Program-made: the position numbers and the translations under genes
The notes under the pieces: model-generated
Seen by the model: only the letters and a program-made list of their open reading frames with translations
What the model was told of the DNA's origin: nothing
The model's database searches: none
Origin: Burkholderiales bacterium
GTDB taxonomy: Bacteria > Pseudomonadota > Gammaproteobacteria > Burkholderiales > SG8-39
NCBI GenBank assembly: GCA_033582675.1
Contig: JAVQZY010000019.1
Span: 68,139-132,138 of the forward strand
Direction: 5' to 3'
Length of the DNA stretch: 64,000 bases
Shown here: positions 25,312-35,650 of the stretch, piece after piece
Numbering within the stretch: position 1 is the stretch's first letter
Layout: each line of letters opens with the position of its first letter

Positions 25312-26183
25312 GACGAAGGATGCGAGATCGGCTCGATGTGCGTGATCGTCGCCGCGTTCGGCACGAGCGAGCGGATGCGCTCTTCGATCTCTTCGGAAAG
25401 CCGGTGCGCGTGCGCGACCGTCCACGAATCCGGCACGAGCAGGTGAAACGACACGAACCGGCGCGCGCCCGCCTGGCGCGTGAGCAGCGCATGGAACTCG
25501 ACGCCGTAGCGGCGCCGGTACTCGGCGAAGACGCGCTCGATCTCGGCGCGTTCGGCCTCGGGAATCGCCGCGTCCATGAGCCCTCGGAACGAGCGGCGCA
25601 TGAGCGAGACGCCGATCCAGACGATGTGCGCGGCGACCGCGAGCGCGACCAGCGGATCGAGCACCGCCCAGCCGGTGAGGGCGACGAGCGCCACGCCAAC
25701 GACGACGCCGACCGAAGTCCAAACGTCGGTCACCAGATGGTGGCCGTCGGCTTCCAGCGCGATCGAGTGAAGCCGCCTGCCTGCGGCGACGAGGAGCAGC
25801 CCGCAGCCGAGGTTGATCGCCGAGGCGAGGGCGTTGATCGCGATGCCGAGCCAGGGCGCGGCGATCGGCTTGGGGTCGAAGAGCCGCGGCACCGCCGCCC
25901 AGACGATCGCCGCCGCCGCGAGGACGATCAGCGCGCCCTCGACGCCGCTCGCGAAATACTCCGCCTTGGTGCGCCCGTAGGGATGCGCGGCATCCGGCGG
26001 GCGCGCGGCGAGCTTGAGCATCGAGAGCGCAAGGAGCGCCGCCGCGAGGTTGACGAGCGATTCGAGCGCGTCCGAAAGCAGCCCGACCGAGTCGGTGACC
26101 GCCCAAGCCGCGAGCTTGAGCGCGATCGTCGCTGCGGCTGCCCCGATCGACAGCCACGCGTAGCGCTCGAGGCGCGGCGCCAT
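25281..26183 (-). CDS. Cation diffusion facilitator (CDF) family metal efflux transporter
   Basis: ATG 26183 gives 300 aa with six TM helices. Motifs include SDALESLVNLAAA, HPYGRTKAEYFAS and EADGHHLVTDVWTSVGVV, plus a cytoplasmic C-terminal domain. It overlaps the convergent mnmC 3' end by 31 nt. Confidence 0.88.
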   Translation of the reverse strand: MAPRLERYAWLSIGAAAATIALKLAAWAVTDSVGLLSDALESLVNLAAALLALSMLKLAARPPDAAHPYGRTKAEYFASGVEGALIVLAAAAIVWAAVPRLFDPKPIAAPWLGIAINALASAINLGCGLLLVAAGRRLHSIALEADGHHLVTDVWTSVGVVVGVALVALTGWAVLDPLVALAVAAHIVWIGVSLMRRSFRGLMDAAIPEAERAEIERVFAEYRRRYGVEFHALLTRQAGARRFVSFHLLVPDSWTVAHAHRLSEEIEERIRSLVPNAATITHIEPISHPSSYDDLRLERW

Positions 26184-27322
26184 CAGGCCGGGCGCAGGAT
26201 CGCCGGGCTCGCCTGCGCGAGATCGGTCAGCCCGCAGAGAGCCATCGTGACGTCGAGTTCCTTGCGCAGGATCTCGAGCGCCGTGCTCACGCCCGCCTCG
26301 CCCATCGCGCCGAGCCCGTAAATGTAGGCGCGGCCGATCATCACGCCGCGTGCCCCGAGCGCGATCGCCTTCAGCACGCTCTGCCCGGTGCGAACGCCGC
26401 CATCGAGCAGGATCTCGGTTCGGCCGCCGACCGCCTCGACGATCTCCGGCAGCGCCCGGATCGAAGACACGGTGCCGTCCAGCTGCCGGCCGCCGTGGTT
26501 CGACACCACGATCGCGTCCGCGCCCGCGGATACCGCGGTCTTCGCGTCCTCGGGATCGAGGATGCCCTTCAAAACGAGCTTTCCGCCCCACAGCCCCTTC
26601 ACCCACTCGACGTCTTTCCACGAGAGCGTCGGGTCGAACTGGCTCGCGATCCACTGCGAAAGCGTCGCGAGCTTGTCCGCGCCCCGGATGCGGCCTTCGA
26701 GGTTGCCGAAGGTCTTTCGGCGGCTCGTGAGGACGTTGAGCGCCCAGCCGGGTTTCGTCAGCACGTCGAGCACGGTCTTCGCGGTGAGCTTCGGCGGCAC
26801 CGTGAGGCCGTTCTTCAGGTCGCGGTGGCGCTGGCCCTGGATCTGGAGGTCGAGCGTCAGAACGAGCGCCGAACACTTCGCCGCTTTCGCGCGCGCGATC
26901 AGCTCGGCGGCGAAGCCCCGGTCGCGCATGACGTAGAGCTGGAACCAGAAGGGCTTCGAGACCGCCGCGGCGACGTCCTCGATCGAGCAGATGGACATGG
27001 TGGAGAGCGTGTACGGGACGCCGAATTTCTCGGCCGCCCGTGCGCACAGGATTTCGCCGTCGGCCCAATTGAGGCCGGTCAGGCCGACCGGCGCGAGCGC
27101 GAGCGGCATCGTCGCCTCCTCGCCGAGCAGCCGTACCCGCGTCGAGCGCCGCTCGACGTTCACCGCGACGCGCTGGCGCAGGCGGATTCGCTCGAAGTCG
27201 GCGAGGTTCGCGCGCAGCGTCTCTTCCTCGTAGGAGCCGCGGTCCACGTAGTCGAAGATGGCGCGCGCGACCCGCCGGCGCGCCATGTCGCGAAGGTCGG
27301 CGATCGATGTGACGACAGGCAT
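26183..27322 (-). CDS. FMN-dependent alpha-hydroxy acid dehydrogenase (L-lactate dehydrogenase / glycolate oxidase family)
   Basis: ATG 27322 gives 379 aa. Motifs include PFWFQLYVMRDR, LVLTLDLQIQGQRHRDLKNG, GADAIVVSNHGGRQLDG and DGGVRTGQSVLKAIALGA. Its stop shares one base with the CDF ATG (TGATG). Confidence 0.88.
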   Translation of the reverse strand: MPVVTSIADLRDMARRRVARAIFDYVDRGSYEEETLRANLADFERIRLRQRVAVNVERRSTRVRLLGEEATMPLALAPVGLTGLNWADGEILCARAAEKFGVPYTLSTMSICSIEDVAAAVSKPFWFQLYVMRDRGFAAELIARAKAAKCSALVLTLDLQIQGQRHRDLKNGLTVPPKLTAKTVLDVLTKPGWALNVLTSRRKTFGNLEGRIRGADKLATLSQWIASQFDPTLSWKDVEWVKGLWGGKLVLKGILDPEDAKTAVSAGADAIVVSNHGGRQLDGTVSSIRALPEIVEAVGGRTEILLDGGVRTGQSVLKAIALGARGVMIGRAYIYGLGAMGEAGVSTALEILRKELDVTMALCGLTDLAQASPAILRPA

Positions 27323-27388
27323 GGGGCGAAGTGTACGACGCGCCCGGAGCGAGCGCGTTTCGCATCGTGGGATAGAATCGCGGCCGCC

Positions 27389-28180
27389 ATGGCCGGGCGC
27401 GCCCCGCAGAAGAACCCGATCCAGGTGATCGAGCGCATGATCAGGCTGCTCGACGTGCTCGCCGAGCACCCGGAGCCGCTCGGGCTCAAGCAGCTCGCGC
27501 ACTACGCCGGCCTGCATCCCTCGACCGCGCACCGCATCCTTTCGGCGATGGCCGCCGAGCGGTTCGTCGACCGCATGGAGCCCGGCACCTACCGGCTCGG
27601 CATGCGGCTGCTCGAACTCGGCAACCTGGTGAAGTCGCGCATCAACGTGCGCGAGTGGGCGCTGCCGGTGATGCGCGAGCTGCACGCGCAGACGGGGGAG
27701 ACCGTCAACCTCACCGTGCGCCACGACGACGAGATCGTGTACGTCGAGCGCACTTCCTCGGGTCGCGCGGCGATGCGGGTGGTGCACGTGGTGGGCACGC
27801 GCGCGCCGCTTCATGTGACCGCCGCCGGAAAGCTCTTTCTGCTGGAGGACGGTTTTGCGCGCCTTCGCGACTACGCGCGGCGCACGGGCCTGCGGGCGCT
27901 CACGAAGAACTCGATCACCACGGTCGCGCAGCTCGAGCGCGAACTGGAACGCATCCAGCGCACCGGCTGGGCGACCGACAACGAGGAAGCCGAAATCGGC
28001 GTGCGCTGCGTCGCCGCGCCGGTGCGCGACGACAGCGGGCGGCTGGTCGCCGCGCTTTCGATCTCGTCGCCCGCCGAGCGCATGAAGCCGCACTGGGGGC
28101 CGCTGGTAAAGGAGGCCGCCGAACGCATCGGCCGCGCGATCGGCTGGCGACGCGACGAGCGCCGGATCGGGGCGGCCTAG
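27389..28180 (+). CDS. IclR family transcriptional regulator
   Basis: ATG 27389 inside ORF 26495..28180 gives 263 aa. The wHTH reads IQVIERMIRLLDVLAEHPEPLGLKQLAHYAGLHPSTAHRILSAM. The effector domain includes GWATDNEEAEIGVRCVAAPV. It is divergent from the hydroxy-acid dehydrogenase gene. Confidence 0.88.
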   Translation: MAGRAPQKNPIQVIERMIRLLDVLAEHPEPLGLKQLAHYAGLHPSTAHRILSAMAAERFVDRMEPGTYRLGMRLLELGNLVKSRINVREWALPVMRELHAQTGETVNLTVRHDDEIVYVERTSSGRAAMRVVHVVGTRAPLHVTAAGKLFLLEDGFARLRDYARRTGLRALTKNSITTVAQLERELERIQRTGWATDNEEAEIGVRCVAAPVRDDSGRLVAALSISSPAERMKPHWGPLVKEAAERIGRAIGWRRDERRIGAA

Positions 28181-28187
28181 GCGGGCG

Positions 28188-29069
28188 CTAGCCGCGCGGG
28201 GCGCGCGCCGCGCTCGTCTCCAGCCAGCGGCGGATGCGGGCGGCGTCGGCCGCGCGCGCGTGCTTGCCCCAGGAGTCGAGCAGCACGACGACCAGATCGC
28301 GCGAGGCCATGCGCACGCGCATCACGAGGCACCGACCCGCCTCGGCGATGTAGCCGGTCTTGGAGAGCCCGATGTCCCACTGGCCGCTGCGAACGAGCGC
28401 GTTCGTGTTGCGGAACTCCTGCGGCCGGCCGAACACCTGCACGACGGCGCGCTCGCGGGTGGAGTACTCGCGGATGATCGGATGCGCGTACGCGGCGGCG
28501 GCAAGGCGCGCAAGGTCGTGCGCGCTCGAGACGTTCGCGGGCGACAGGCCGCTCGCGTCGACGAACCGGGTGTCGGCCATGCCGAGCAGGCGCGCGCGCG
28601 CGTTCATCTGCGCGACGAACGCCGCGCTGCCCCCGGGGAAGGTGCGCGCGAGCGCTGCGGCCGCGCGGTTTTCCGAGGCCATCAGCGCAAGGAGCAGCAG
28701 TTCCTCGCGCGTGAACACCGAGCCCGCCGCGAGCCGCGAGCGGGTGCCCTTCAGCGTGTCGAAGTCCTCCTCGCTGATCACGACGCGCTGCGCGAGGTCG
28801 ACGCCCGACTCGACGATGACGAGCGCGGTCATGAGCTTCGTGAGCGAAGCGATCGGCACCACCGCGGAATCGTTCTTCGCGTAGAGCGTCTCGCCGCTCG
28901 TCGCGTCCTGAACGAGCGCGGCGCTCGCGCGCAGCGCGAGCCGATCGGGCTCGGCGCGCGGCTCGCGCGCCTGCGCAAAGCCGACCGCGAGGGCGAGGAC
29001 CGCGGCAAGCGCCGCCGCAGCGACGATTTTTTCCAGCCGGTGCAACTGCCTCTCCTCTCCGGCGCGCAT
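28188..29069 (-). CDS. D-alanyl-D-alanine endopeptidase/carboxypeptidase (peptidase S11, PbpG/DacB-like)
   Basis: ATG 29069 gives 293 aa with a signal anchor. The motifs are SxxK (IASLTKLMT), SxN (ASENRAA) and KTG (LSKTGYI). Confidence 0.85.
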   Translation of the reverse strand: MRAGEERQLHRLEKIVAAAALAAVLALAVGFAQAREPRAEPDRLALRASAALVQDATSGETLYAKNDSAVVPIASLTKLMTALVIVESGVDLAQRVVISEEDFDTLKGTRSRLAAGSVFTREELLLLALMASENRAAAALARTFPGGSAAFVAQMNARARLLGMADTRFVDASGLSPANVSSAHDLARLAAAAYAHPIIREYSTRERAVVQVFGRPQEFRNTNALVRSGQWDIGLSKTGYIAEAGRCLVMRVRMASRDLVVVLLDSWGKHARAADAARIRRWLETSAARAPRG

Positions 29070-29191
29070 CTTGGTCTTGTTCTCGGGCGCGCGCAGTTTA
29101 GCCGCCCGCGGACCCGAAACGCAAGCGGAATGAGGGGCCTGGAGGCGAAACTTCGCGCGGTTTCGAAGCCGGGCGCGCCCGCCTGCGGCGC

Positions 29192-31015
29192 TTACGCCGC
29201 GCGCGCCTGCTCGAGCACCGCTTCGGCCGCCGCCGCCTGCTGCTGCAGCGCCCACATGCGGGCGTATTCGCCCCCGGCGGCGAGCAGCTCGCGGTGCGTG
29301 CCGCGCTCGACGATTTCGCCGCGCACGAGCACCAGGATCTCGTCGGCGTCCATCACCGTCGAGAGCCGGTGCGCGATGACGAGCGTCGTGCGACCCACCG
29401 CGATCCGTTCCAGCTCCGCCTGGATCGCCTTTTCCGACTTGGAGTCGAGCGCCGAGGTCGCCTCGTCGAAGATGAGGATCCTCGGGTTCTTGAGCAGCGC
29501 CCGCGCGATCGCCACGCGCTGTTTTTCGCCGCCGGAGAGCTTGAGGCCGCGCTCGCCGACCATCGTTTCGTACTTCTGCGGCAGCGACTCGATGAAATCG
29601 TGGATATGCGCGGCGCGCGCCGCCTCCACCACCTCGGCGTCCGTCGCCGTCGGCCGGCCGTAGCGGATGTTGTAGCCGATCGTATCGTTGAAGAGCACGG
29701 TGTCCTGCGGCACGATGCCGATCGCCGCGCGCAGGCTCGCCTGCCGCACCTCGCGCACGTCGCGTCCGCAGACGAGGATCGCGCCGGCGGTGACGTCGTA
29801 GAAGCGATAAAGGAGCCGCGCGAGCGTCGATTTGCCCGAGCCCGAGGGGCCGACGACCGCGACGCGCCGGCCGGCCGGGATCGTGAACGAGACGCGGCGC
29901 AGGATTTTGCGCGTCGGCTCGTAGGAAAACTCCACGTCGCGGAACTCGACGCTCGCCGGACCCGGCGGCAGCTCCGGCGCACCCGGCCGGTCCTCGACCT
30001 CGCGCCGCTCGGCGAGCAGTCGGAACATGCGGTCCATGTCGATCAGCGCCTGCTTCACCTCGCGGTAGACCATGCCGAGGAAGTTGAGCGGGATGTAGAG
30101 CTGGATGAGCAGGCCGTTGACGAGCACGAGATCGCCGACGGTGAACGCGCCCGCGACCACGCCTTCGGCGGCGAGATACATGAGCGCGGTGACCGCCGCC
30201 GCGATGATGAAACTCTGGCCGATGTTGAGGAGCCCGAGCGAGGCCTCGCTTTTCACCGCCGCGGTTTCGTACTTCTGCAGGCTCTCGTCGTAGCGGCGCG
30301 CTTCGTACTCCTCGTTGCCGAAGTACTTCACCGTCTCGTAGTTGAGCAGGCTGTCGATCGCGCGCGTGTTCGCGCGCGAATCGAGCTCGTTCGCGCGGCG
30401 CCGGATCTCCATGCGCCACTCGGTGACCGCCACGGTGAACGCGACGTAGGCGGCGACCGCGCCGAAGGTGACCGCGGCGAAACGCCAGTCGAAGCGGCCG
30501 AGCAGCACCGCGGCGACCAGCGCGAACTCGAGGATCACCGGCAGGATCGAAAAAACGAGGTAGGAAAGGAGCGTCGAGATGCCGCGCGTGCCGCGCTCGA
30601 TGTCGCGCGTCATGCCGCCGGTCTGGCGCTCCAGGTGAAACCGCAGCGACAGGCTGTGCAGGTGGCGAAACACGCCGAGCGCGGCGCGCCGGATCGCGCG
30701 CTGCGTGACGCGCACGAACAGCACGTCGCGCAGCTCGGCAAAGAGCGTGGTCGCGAAACGCAGCAGCCCGTAGATCGCGAGCAGCGCCGCCGGCACCGCG
30801 AGCGCCGCAAGCCGCGGATCGAGCCGGTCGACCGCTTCCTTCATGACGAGCGGCACGCCGACGTTGGCGAGCTTGGCGGCGACGAGGCAGGCGAGCGCCG
30901 CGGCGACCCGCCAGCGGTATTCCCGGAGGTAGGGCAAAAGGAGCCGCAGCGCGCGCCACTCCTTTCCCGAGAGCGACTGCGTCGGCGCCGCCCGATCGTG
31001 TCGGTGCGTAGCCAT
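29192..31015 (-). CDS. ABC transporter, fused permease/ATPase, Atm1/HMT1-like exporter
   Basis: Intact 607-aa ORF with six TM helices. It carries Walker A GPSGSGKST, signature LSGGEKQR and Walker B ILIFDEATSALD. Confidence 0.9.
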   Translation of the reverse strand: MATHRHDRAAPTQSLSGKEWRALRLLLPYLREYRWRVAAALACLVAAKLANVGVPLVMKEAVDRLDPRLAALAVPAALLAIYGLLRFATTLFAELRDVLFVRVTQRAIRRAALGVFRHLHSLSLRFHLERQTGGMTRDIERGTRGISTLLSYLVFSILPVILEFALVAAVLLGRFDWRFAAVTFGAVAAYVAFTVAVTEWRMEIRRRANELDSRANTRAIDSLLNYETVKYFGNEEYEARRYDESLQKYETAAVKSEASLGLLNIGQSFIIAAAVTALMYLAAEGVVAGAFTVGDLVLVNGLLIQLYIPLNFLGMVYREVKQALIDMDRMFRLLAERREVEDRPGAPELPPGPASVEFRDVEFSYEPTRKILRRVSFTIPAGRRVAVVGPSGSGKSTLARLLYRFYDVTAGAILVCGRDVREVRQASLRAAIGIVPQDTVLFNDTIGYNIRYGRPTATDAEVVEAARAAHIHDFIESLPQKYETMVGERGLKLSGGEKQRVAIARALLKNPRILIFDEATSALDSKSEKAIQAELERIAVGRTTLVIAHRLSTVMDADEILVLVRGEIVERGTHRELLAAGGEYARMWALQQQAAAAEAVLEQARAA

Positions 31016-31082
31016 GCGAAGGACGCCATTCTAGTCACAGCCGCGCGCAAGCCCTTGACCGCGAAAGCGCGCGCAGATAGCC

Positions 31083-31100
31083 TTCAAACGTTCGTTTGAA
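31083..31100. promoter_or_regulatory. Candidate TetR operator: inverted repeat TTCAAACG-TT-CGTTTGAA
   Basis: Perfect 8-bp arms with a 2-nt spacer. It lies in the 96-bp divergent region between the ABC exporter start (31015) and the TetR start (31112), 12 nt upstream of the TetR ATG. Confidence 0.5.
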
Positions 31101-31111
31101 CGCGATCCGCC

Positions 31112-31795
31112 GTGCCCCTGCGCGCCGTGAAGCCGCCCGCCGACACCCGCAGCCGCATCCTCGATGCGGCCGAGGCGTTGTTCATGCAGCACGGGTTCGG
31201 GAGCACCTCGATGCGCATGATCACCGCGAAGGCGAACGTCAACCTCGCCGCCGTCAACTACCACTTCGGCTCGAAGCACGCGCTCATCGAGGCGGTGTTC
31301 CGGCGCCGGCTCGACCCGATGAACGCCGAGCGCATCGCGGCGCTCGAGCGGCTGGAAAACGAGGCGCAAGGGGCGGCGCTCGCGCCCGAGGCGATCGTCC
31401 GCGCCTTCGTCGCCCCGAGCCTGCGGCTGCTCGAAGACGCGCAGGGCGGCGGCCGCAATTTCGTGCGGCTTCTCGGTCGCGCCTACACCGAGCCCGCGCG
31501 CGAGATCCGGCATCTGATCGGCGCGCTCTACGCGCCGGCGATGGCGCGCTACAAGGCCGCGTTCGAGCGGGCGCTCGCGCACATGCCGCGCGAGGAACTC
31601 GTCTGGCGCATGCATTTCATGTTCGGCACGCTCGCCTACACGCTCGCGGCCACCGACACCGTGCGGCTGATCGCCGGCTGCAAGCCCGAGGACCGCTACA
31701 ACGCGCAGCTGCTGGAGGAGCGCCTTGCGGCGTTTCTCGCCGCAGGGCTGCTCGCGCCGCTGCCGCGGTCCTGCGCGATCGCGCTGGCGGCCTAG
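31112..31795 (+). CDS. TetR/AcrR family transcriptional regulator
   Basis: Intact 227-aa ORF. The N-terminal HTH reads TRSRILDAAEALFMQHGFGSTSMRMITAKANVNLAAVNYHFGSKHALIEAVF. It sits directly upstream of the fadE-thiolase-fadB-like genes. Confidence 0.9.
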   Translation: MPLRAVKPPADTRSRILDAAEALFMQHGFGSTSMRMITAKANVNLAAVNYHFGSKHALIEAVFRRRLDPMNAERIAALERLENEAQGAALAPEAIVRAFVAPSLRLLEDAQGGGRNFVRLLGRAYTEPAREIRHLIGALYAPAMARYKAAFERALAHMPREELVWRMHFMFGTLAYTLAATDTVRLIAGCKPEDRYNAQLLEERLAAFLAAGLLAPLPRSCAIALAA

Positions 31796-31825
31796 GCAGC
31801 GGACAAGACGTCCGGGGAGAACGCG

Positions 31826-34310
31826 ATGACCGTCTTCGTCGCAGGCACCGTCGTCGTACTTTTCGCGCTCGCGTACTTTCAGGCGCCGCTCGCGGTGTGG
31901 ACCGCGGGCGTCGGCCTCCTCGTTGCGACCTGGGCGGTCGCGCTCGAAGCGGGCGCGGGCACCGCGCCTTGCGCTCGCGGGCGCGTTCGCGGCGCTCGCC
32001 GCCGCGCTCAACATCCCCCCGCTTCGCCGCCGGCTGCTGAGCGACCCCGTGCTCGCCCTCTACCGTCGGATCCTTCCCGACATGTCGCAGACCGAAAAAG
32101 AGGCGATCGAGGCGGGCACCGTCTGGTGGGATCGCGAGCTTTTCTCGGGCAAGCCGGACTGGGAAAAGCTTCTTTCGGTGCCTGCCCCGAGGCTTTCGCC
32201 CGAAGAGCAGGCGTTTCTCGACGGCCCGGTCGAGGAAGTGTGCGCGATGGTGAACGACTGGGAGGTGACGCACGAGCGCTACGACCTGCCGCCCGAGGTC
32301 TGGCAGTACCTCAAGGACAACGGCTTTTTCGGGATCATCATCCCGAAGAAGTACGGCGGGCTCGGGTTCTCGGCGCTCGCGCACTCGGCGGTGGTGACCA
32401 AGCTCTCGACGCGCTCGAACGCGCTCGCGGTGACCGTCATGGTGCCCAATTCGCTCGGGCCGGCGGAACTGCTGCTTCACTACGGCACCGAGGCGCAGAA
32501 GGACTACTACCTGCCGCGACTCGCCCGGGGGCAGGAAATCCCCTGCTTTGCGCTCACGAACCCGGAGGCCGGATCGGACGCCGCGTCGATTCCCGACACC
32601 GGCGTGGTCTGCCGCGGCATGTGGCAGGGCAAGGAAACGCTCGGCATGCGCGTTTCCTGGGACAAGCGCTACATCACGCTCGCGCCGGTCGCGACGCTCG
32701 TCGGCCTCGCCTTCCGCCTCTACGACCCGGAGCGGCTGCTCGGCGACAGGGAGGACCTCGGAATCACCCTTGCGCTCGTCCCCGCCGACACCCCCGGCGT
32801 CGAGATCGGCCGCCGCCATCTGCCGCTCAACGCCGCCTTCCAGAACGGCCCGATCCGCGGGCGCGACGTCTTCATGCCGATCGACTGGATCATCGGCGGG
32901 CGCGAGTACGCCGGCCGCGGCTGGATGATGCTGATGGGGTGCCTCGCCGCCGGTCGCGCGATCTCGCTTCCGGCCTCCGCGGCCGGCGGCGCGAAGGCGC
33001 TCGCGCGCGCAACCGGCGCGTATGCGCGCGTGCGCAGCCAGTTTCGCACCCCGATCGGACGGCTCGAGGGCGTCGAGGAGGCGCTCGGCCGCATCGCCGC
33101 GAACGCCTACCTGATGGACGCCGTCCGCGTGATGACCGCCGGCGCGGTGGACCTCGGCGAGCGACCGGCGGTGCTCTCGGCGATCGCGAAGTACCACATG
33201 ACCGAGCGCGCGCGCCAGTGCGTGAACGACGCGATGGACATCCACGGCGGCAAGGGCATTTGCCTCGGCCCCAACAACTGGATCGGGCGCGGCTACCAGG
33301 CGATGCCGGTCGCAATCACGGTCGAAGGCGCGAACATCCTCACGCGCAGCCTCATCATCTTCGGCCAGGGCGCGATCCGCTGCCACCCGTACGTGCTGCG
33401 CGAGATGCGCGCCGCAAAAGAACTGTCGGGCGAGGCCGCCTCGATCGAGTTCGACGACGCCTTCACGTCGCACATCGGCCACGTGATCGCCAATGCCGCG
33501 CGCTCGTTCGTGCACGGTCTCACCGGATCGCGGTTTGCGCCTGCGCCCGCGCGCTGCGCGCCCGAGACGCGCCGCTACTATCAGCGCGTCTCGCACCTCT
33601 CGGCCGCGTTCGCGTTCCTCGCCGACGTCTCGATGCTCGCGATGGGCGGCGCGCTCAAGCGCAAGGAAAAGATCTCGGCGCGGCTGGGCGACGTGCTCTC
33701 GATGATGTATCTCATCTCGGCGACCCTCAAGCGCTACGAGGACGAGGGTCGGCAGAGGGAGGACCTGCCGCTCGTTCACTGGGCGGTGCGCGATGCGCTC
33801 TGGCAGGCGCAGCAGGCGATCGACGCGATCTACGCGAACTTTCCGCTCGCCTGGCTGCGGCGCTTTCTGCGCCTTGCGGTGTTTCCGCTCGGCACGCCGT
33901 TCCGGCCGCCCAAAGACCGGCACAACCACCGCTGCGCGAAGCTGGTCCTCGAGCCCGGCCCCGCGCGCGAGCGGCTGACCGCCGGCGTCTATCGCGCGCG
34001 CGGCGAGCGCGACGCCACCGCGGTGCTCGAAGCGGCGTTCCTCGCCACCGTGCGCTGCGAGCCGATCGAGAAGAAGCTGCGCGAGGCGGTGCGGAGCGGC
34101 GCGCTCGCGGTGCGCCCGGGGCTGGACACCGCGGCGCTTGCGCGCGAGCGCGGGATTCTCACCGCCGACGAATACGCCGAGTGGCAGAGAAAGGAGGCGC
34201 TGCGCAGGCAGGCGATCCGCGTGGACGACTTCCCGCCCGACTTCGGGCGCGCGGAGATCGTGCAAAAGCTCGAGCGCGAACGCGAAGCGCGCGCCCGCGC
34301 CGCCGCCTGA
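31826..34310 (+). CDS. fadE: Large membrane-associated acyl-CoA dehydrogenase, FadE type; one frameshift near 31967 as read
   Basis: The N-terminal hydrophobic segment MTVFVAGTVVVLFALAYFQAPLAVWTAGVGLLVATWAVALEAGAGTA (ORF 31826..) joins LALAGAFAALAAALNIPPLRRRLLSDPVLALYRRILPDMSQTEKEAIEAGTVWWDRELFSGKPDW... (ORF 31923..34310). This architecture matches E. coli FadE. The length of 2485 nt is not a multiple of 3. Confidence 0.88.
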
Positions 34311-34333
34311 ACCGTACCGACGAAGGAGATCCG

Positions 34334-35638
34334 ATGGCCGGATTCGCCAAGCCGATCTACATCGTGGACGGCGCGCGCACCCCGTTTCTGAAAGCGAAGA
34401 ACCGCCCCGGGCCGTTCGCCGCCTCCGACCTCGCGACGCAAGCGGGTCGCTCGCTCCTCGTGCGCCAGAAGTTCGATCCCCGGGACCTCGACGAGGTGAT
34501 CCTCGGCTGCGCGGCGCCCTCGGGCGACGAAGTGAACATCGGCCGCGTCGTCGCGCTTCGCATGGGGTGCGGCGAGAAGGTCCAGGGCTGGACCGTGATG
34601 CGAAACTGCGCCTCCGGGATGCAGGCGATCGACTCGGGGATCGCCAACATCCTCGCCGGGCGCTCGCATCTCGTGCTCGCCGGCGGCGTCGATGCCCTCT
34701 CGCGCGCCCCGCTCCTCTACCCCGAGAAGGTCGTCGTCTGGTTCGCCGACCTGATGCAGGCGAAAACGCCGCTCGAGCGCGCGATGCATTTCGCGCGGGC
34801 TCCGCTCGCGACGATGTTCCGGCCGGTCATCGGCATCATGAAGGGGCTCACCGACCCGATGGTGGGGCTGCTGATGGGCCAGACGGCCGAGAACCTCGCG
34901 TACCGCTTCCGCATCACGCGCGCGCAAATGGACGCGTATTCCATGCGCAGCCACCAGCGCGCCGCGCGCGCGCAGGACGAAGGCCTGCTCGCGGCAGGCG
35001 GCGGCGAGGTCGAAGCGCTCTACGACGCGCGCGGCAACGTCTATTCGCTCGACGACGGCGTGCGGCGCGACACCTCGATGGAGAGCCTTGCGAAGCTCAA
35101 GCCCTTCTTCGACCGCAAATACGGCAACATCACGCCGGGCAACAGCTCGCAGATCACCGACGGCGCGGCGTGGCTCGTGCTCGCCTCCGAGGAGGCGGTG
35201 CGCCGGCACGATCTCGCGCCGATCGCGCGCATCGTCGACTCGCAGTGGGCGGGGCTCGATCCGGCGCAGATGGGGCTCGGCCCGGTGCACGCGGCAACGC
35301 CGATCCTCGTGCGCCACCGGCTTTCGCTCGAGGCGGTGGACTACTGGGAGATCAACGAGGCGTTCGCCGCGCAGGTGCTCGCGTGCCTCGCCGCCTGGAA
35401 GGACGCCGCGTACTGCCGGACGGAACTCGGGCTCGACGGCGCGCTCGGCGCGCTCGACGAGGAGCGGCTGAACGTGGACGGCGGCGCCGTCGCGCTCGGG
35501 CACCCGGTCGGCGCCTCCGGCGCACGCATCGTGCTGCACCTCGTCAAGGTCCTCAGGCGCAAGAACGCGAAACGCGGGATGGCGGCGATCTGCATCGGCG
35601 GGGGCCTGGGCGGCGCGATGCTCGTCGAGGCGCTCTGA
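34334..35638 (+). CDS. Acetyl-CoA C-acyltransferase (3-ketoacyl-CoA thiolase)
   Basis: GAAGGAGA lies 5 nt before ATG 34334, giving 434 aa. The active-site Cys context is VMRNCASGMQAI and the C-terminus reads NVDGGAVALGHPVGASGARIV ... AAICIGGGLGGAMLVE. Confidence 0.9.
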   Translation: MAGFAKPIYIVDGARTPFLKAKNRPGPFAASDLATQAGRSLLVRQKFDPRDLDEVILGCAAPSGDEVNIGRVVALRMGCGEKVQGWTVMRNCASGMQAIDSGIANILAGRSHLVLAGGVDALSRAPLLYPEKVVVWFADLMQAKTPLERAMHFARAPLATMFRPVIGIMKGLTDPMVGLLMGQTAENLAYRFRITRAQMDAYSMRSHQRAARAQDEGLLAAGGGEVEALYDARGNVYSLDDGVRRDTSMESLAKLKPFFDRKYGNITPGNSSQITDGAAWLVLASEEAVRRHDLAPIARIVDSQWAGLDPAQMGLGPVHAATPILVRHRLSLEAVDYWEINEAFAAQVLACLAAWKDAAYCRTELGLDGALGALDEERLNVDGGAVALGHPVGASGARIVLHLVKVLRRKNAKRGMAAICIGGGLGGAMLVEAL

Positions 35639-35650
35639 AAGGAGAACGCG

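Noticed and set aside
27373-27378. TAGAAT hexamer upstream of iclR as a promoter -10 box, implying a nearly leaderless mRNA
   Set aside because: It sits only 10 nt before the ATG, and I could not find a matching -35 at sensible spacing. Similar TAGAAT hexamers at 8859-8864 (minus strand) and 51276-51281 are noted but are too weak to annotate as promoters without mapping data.
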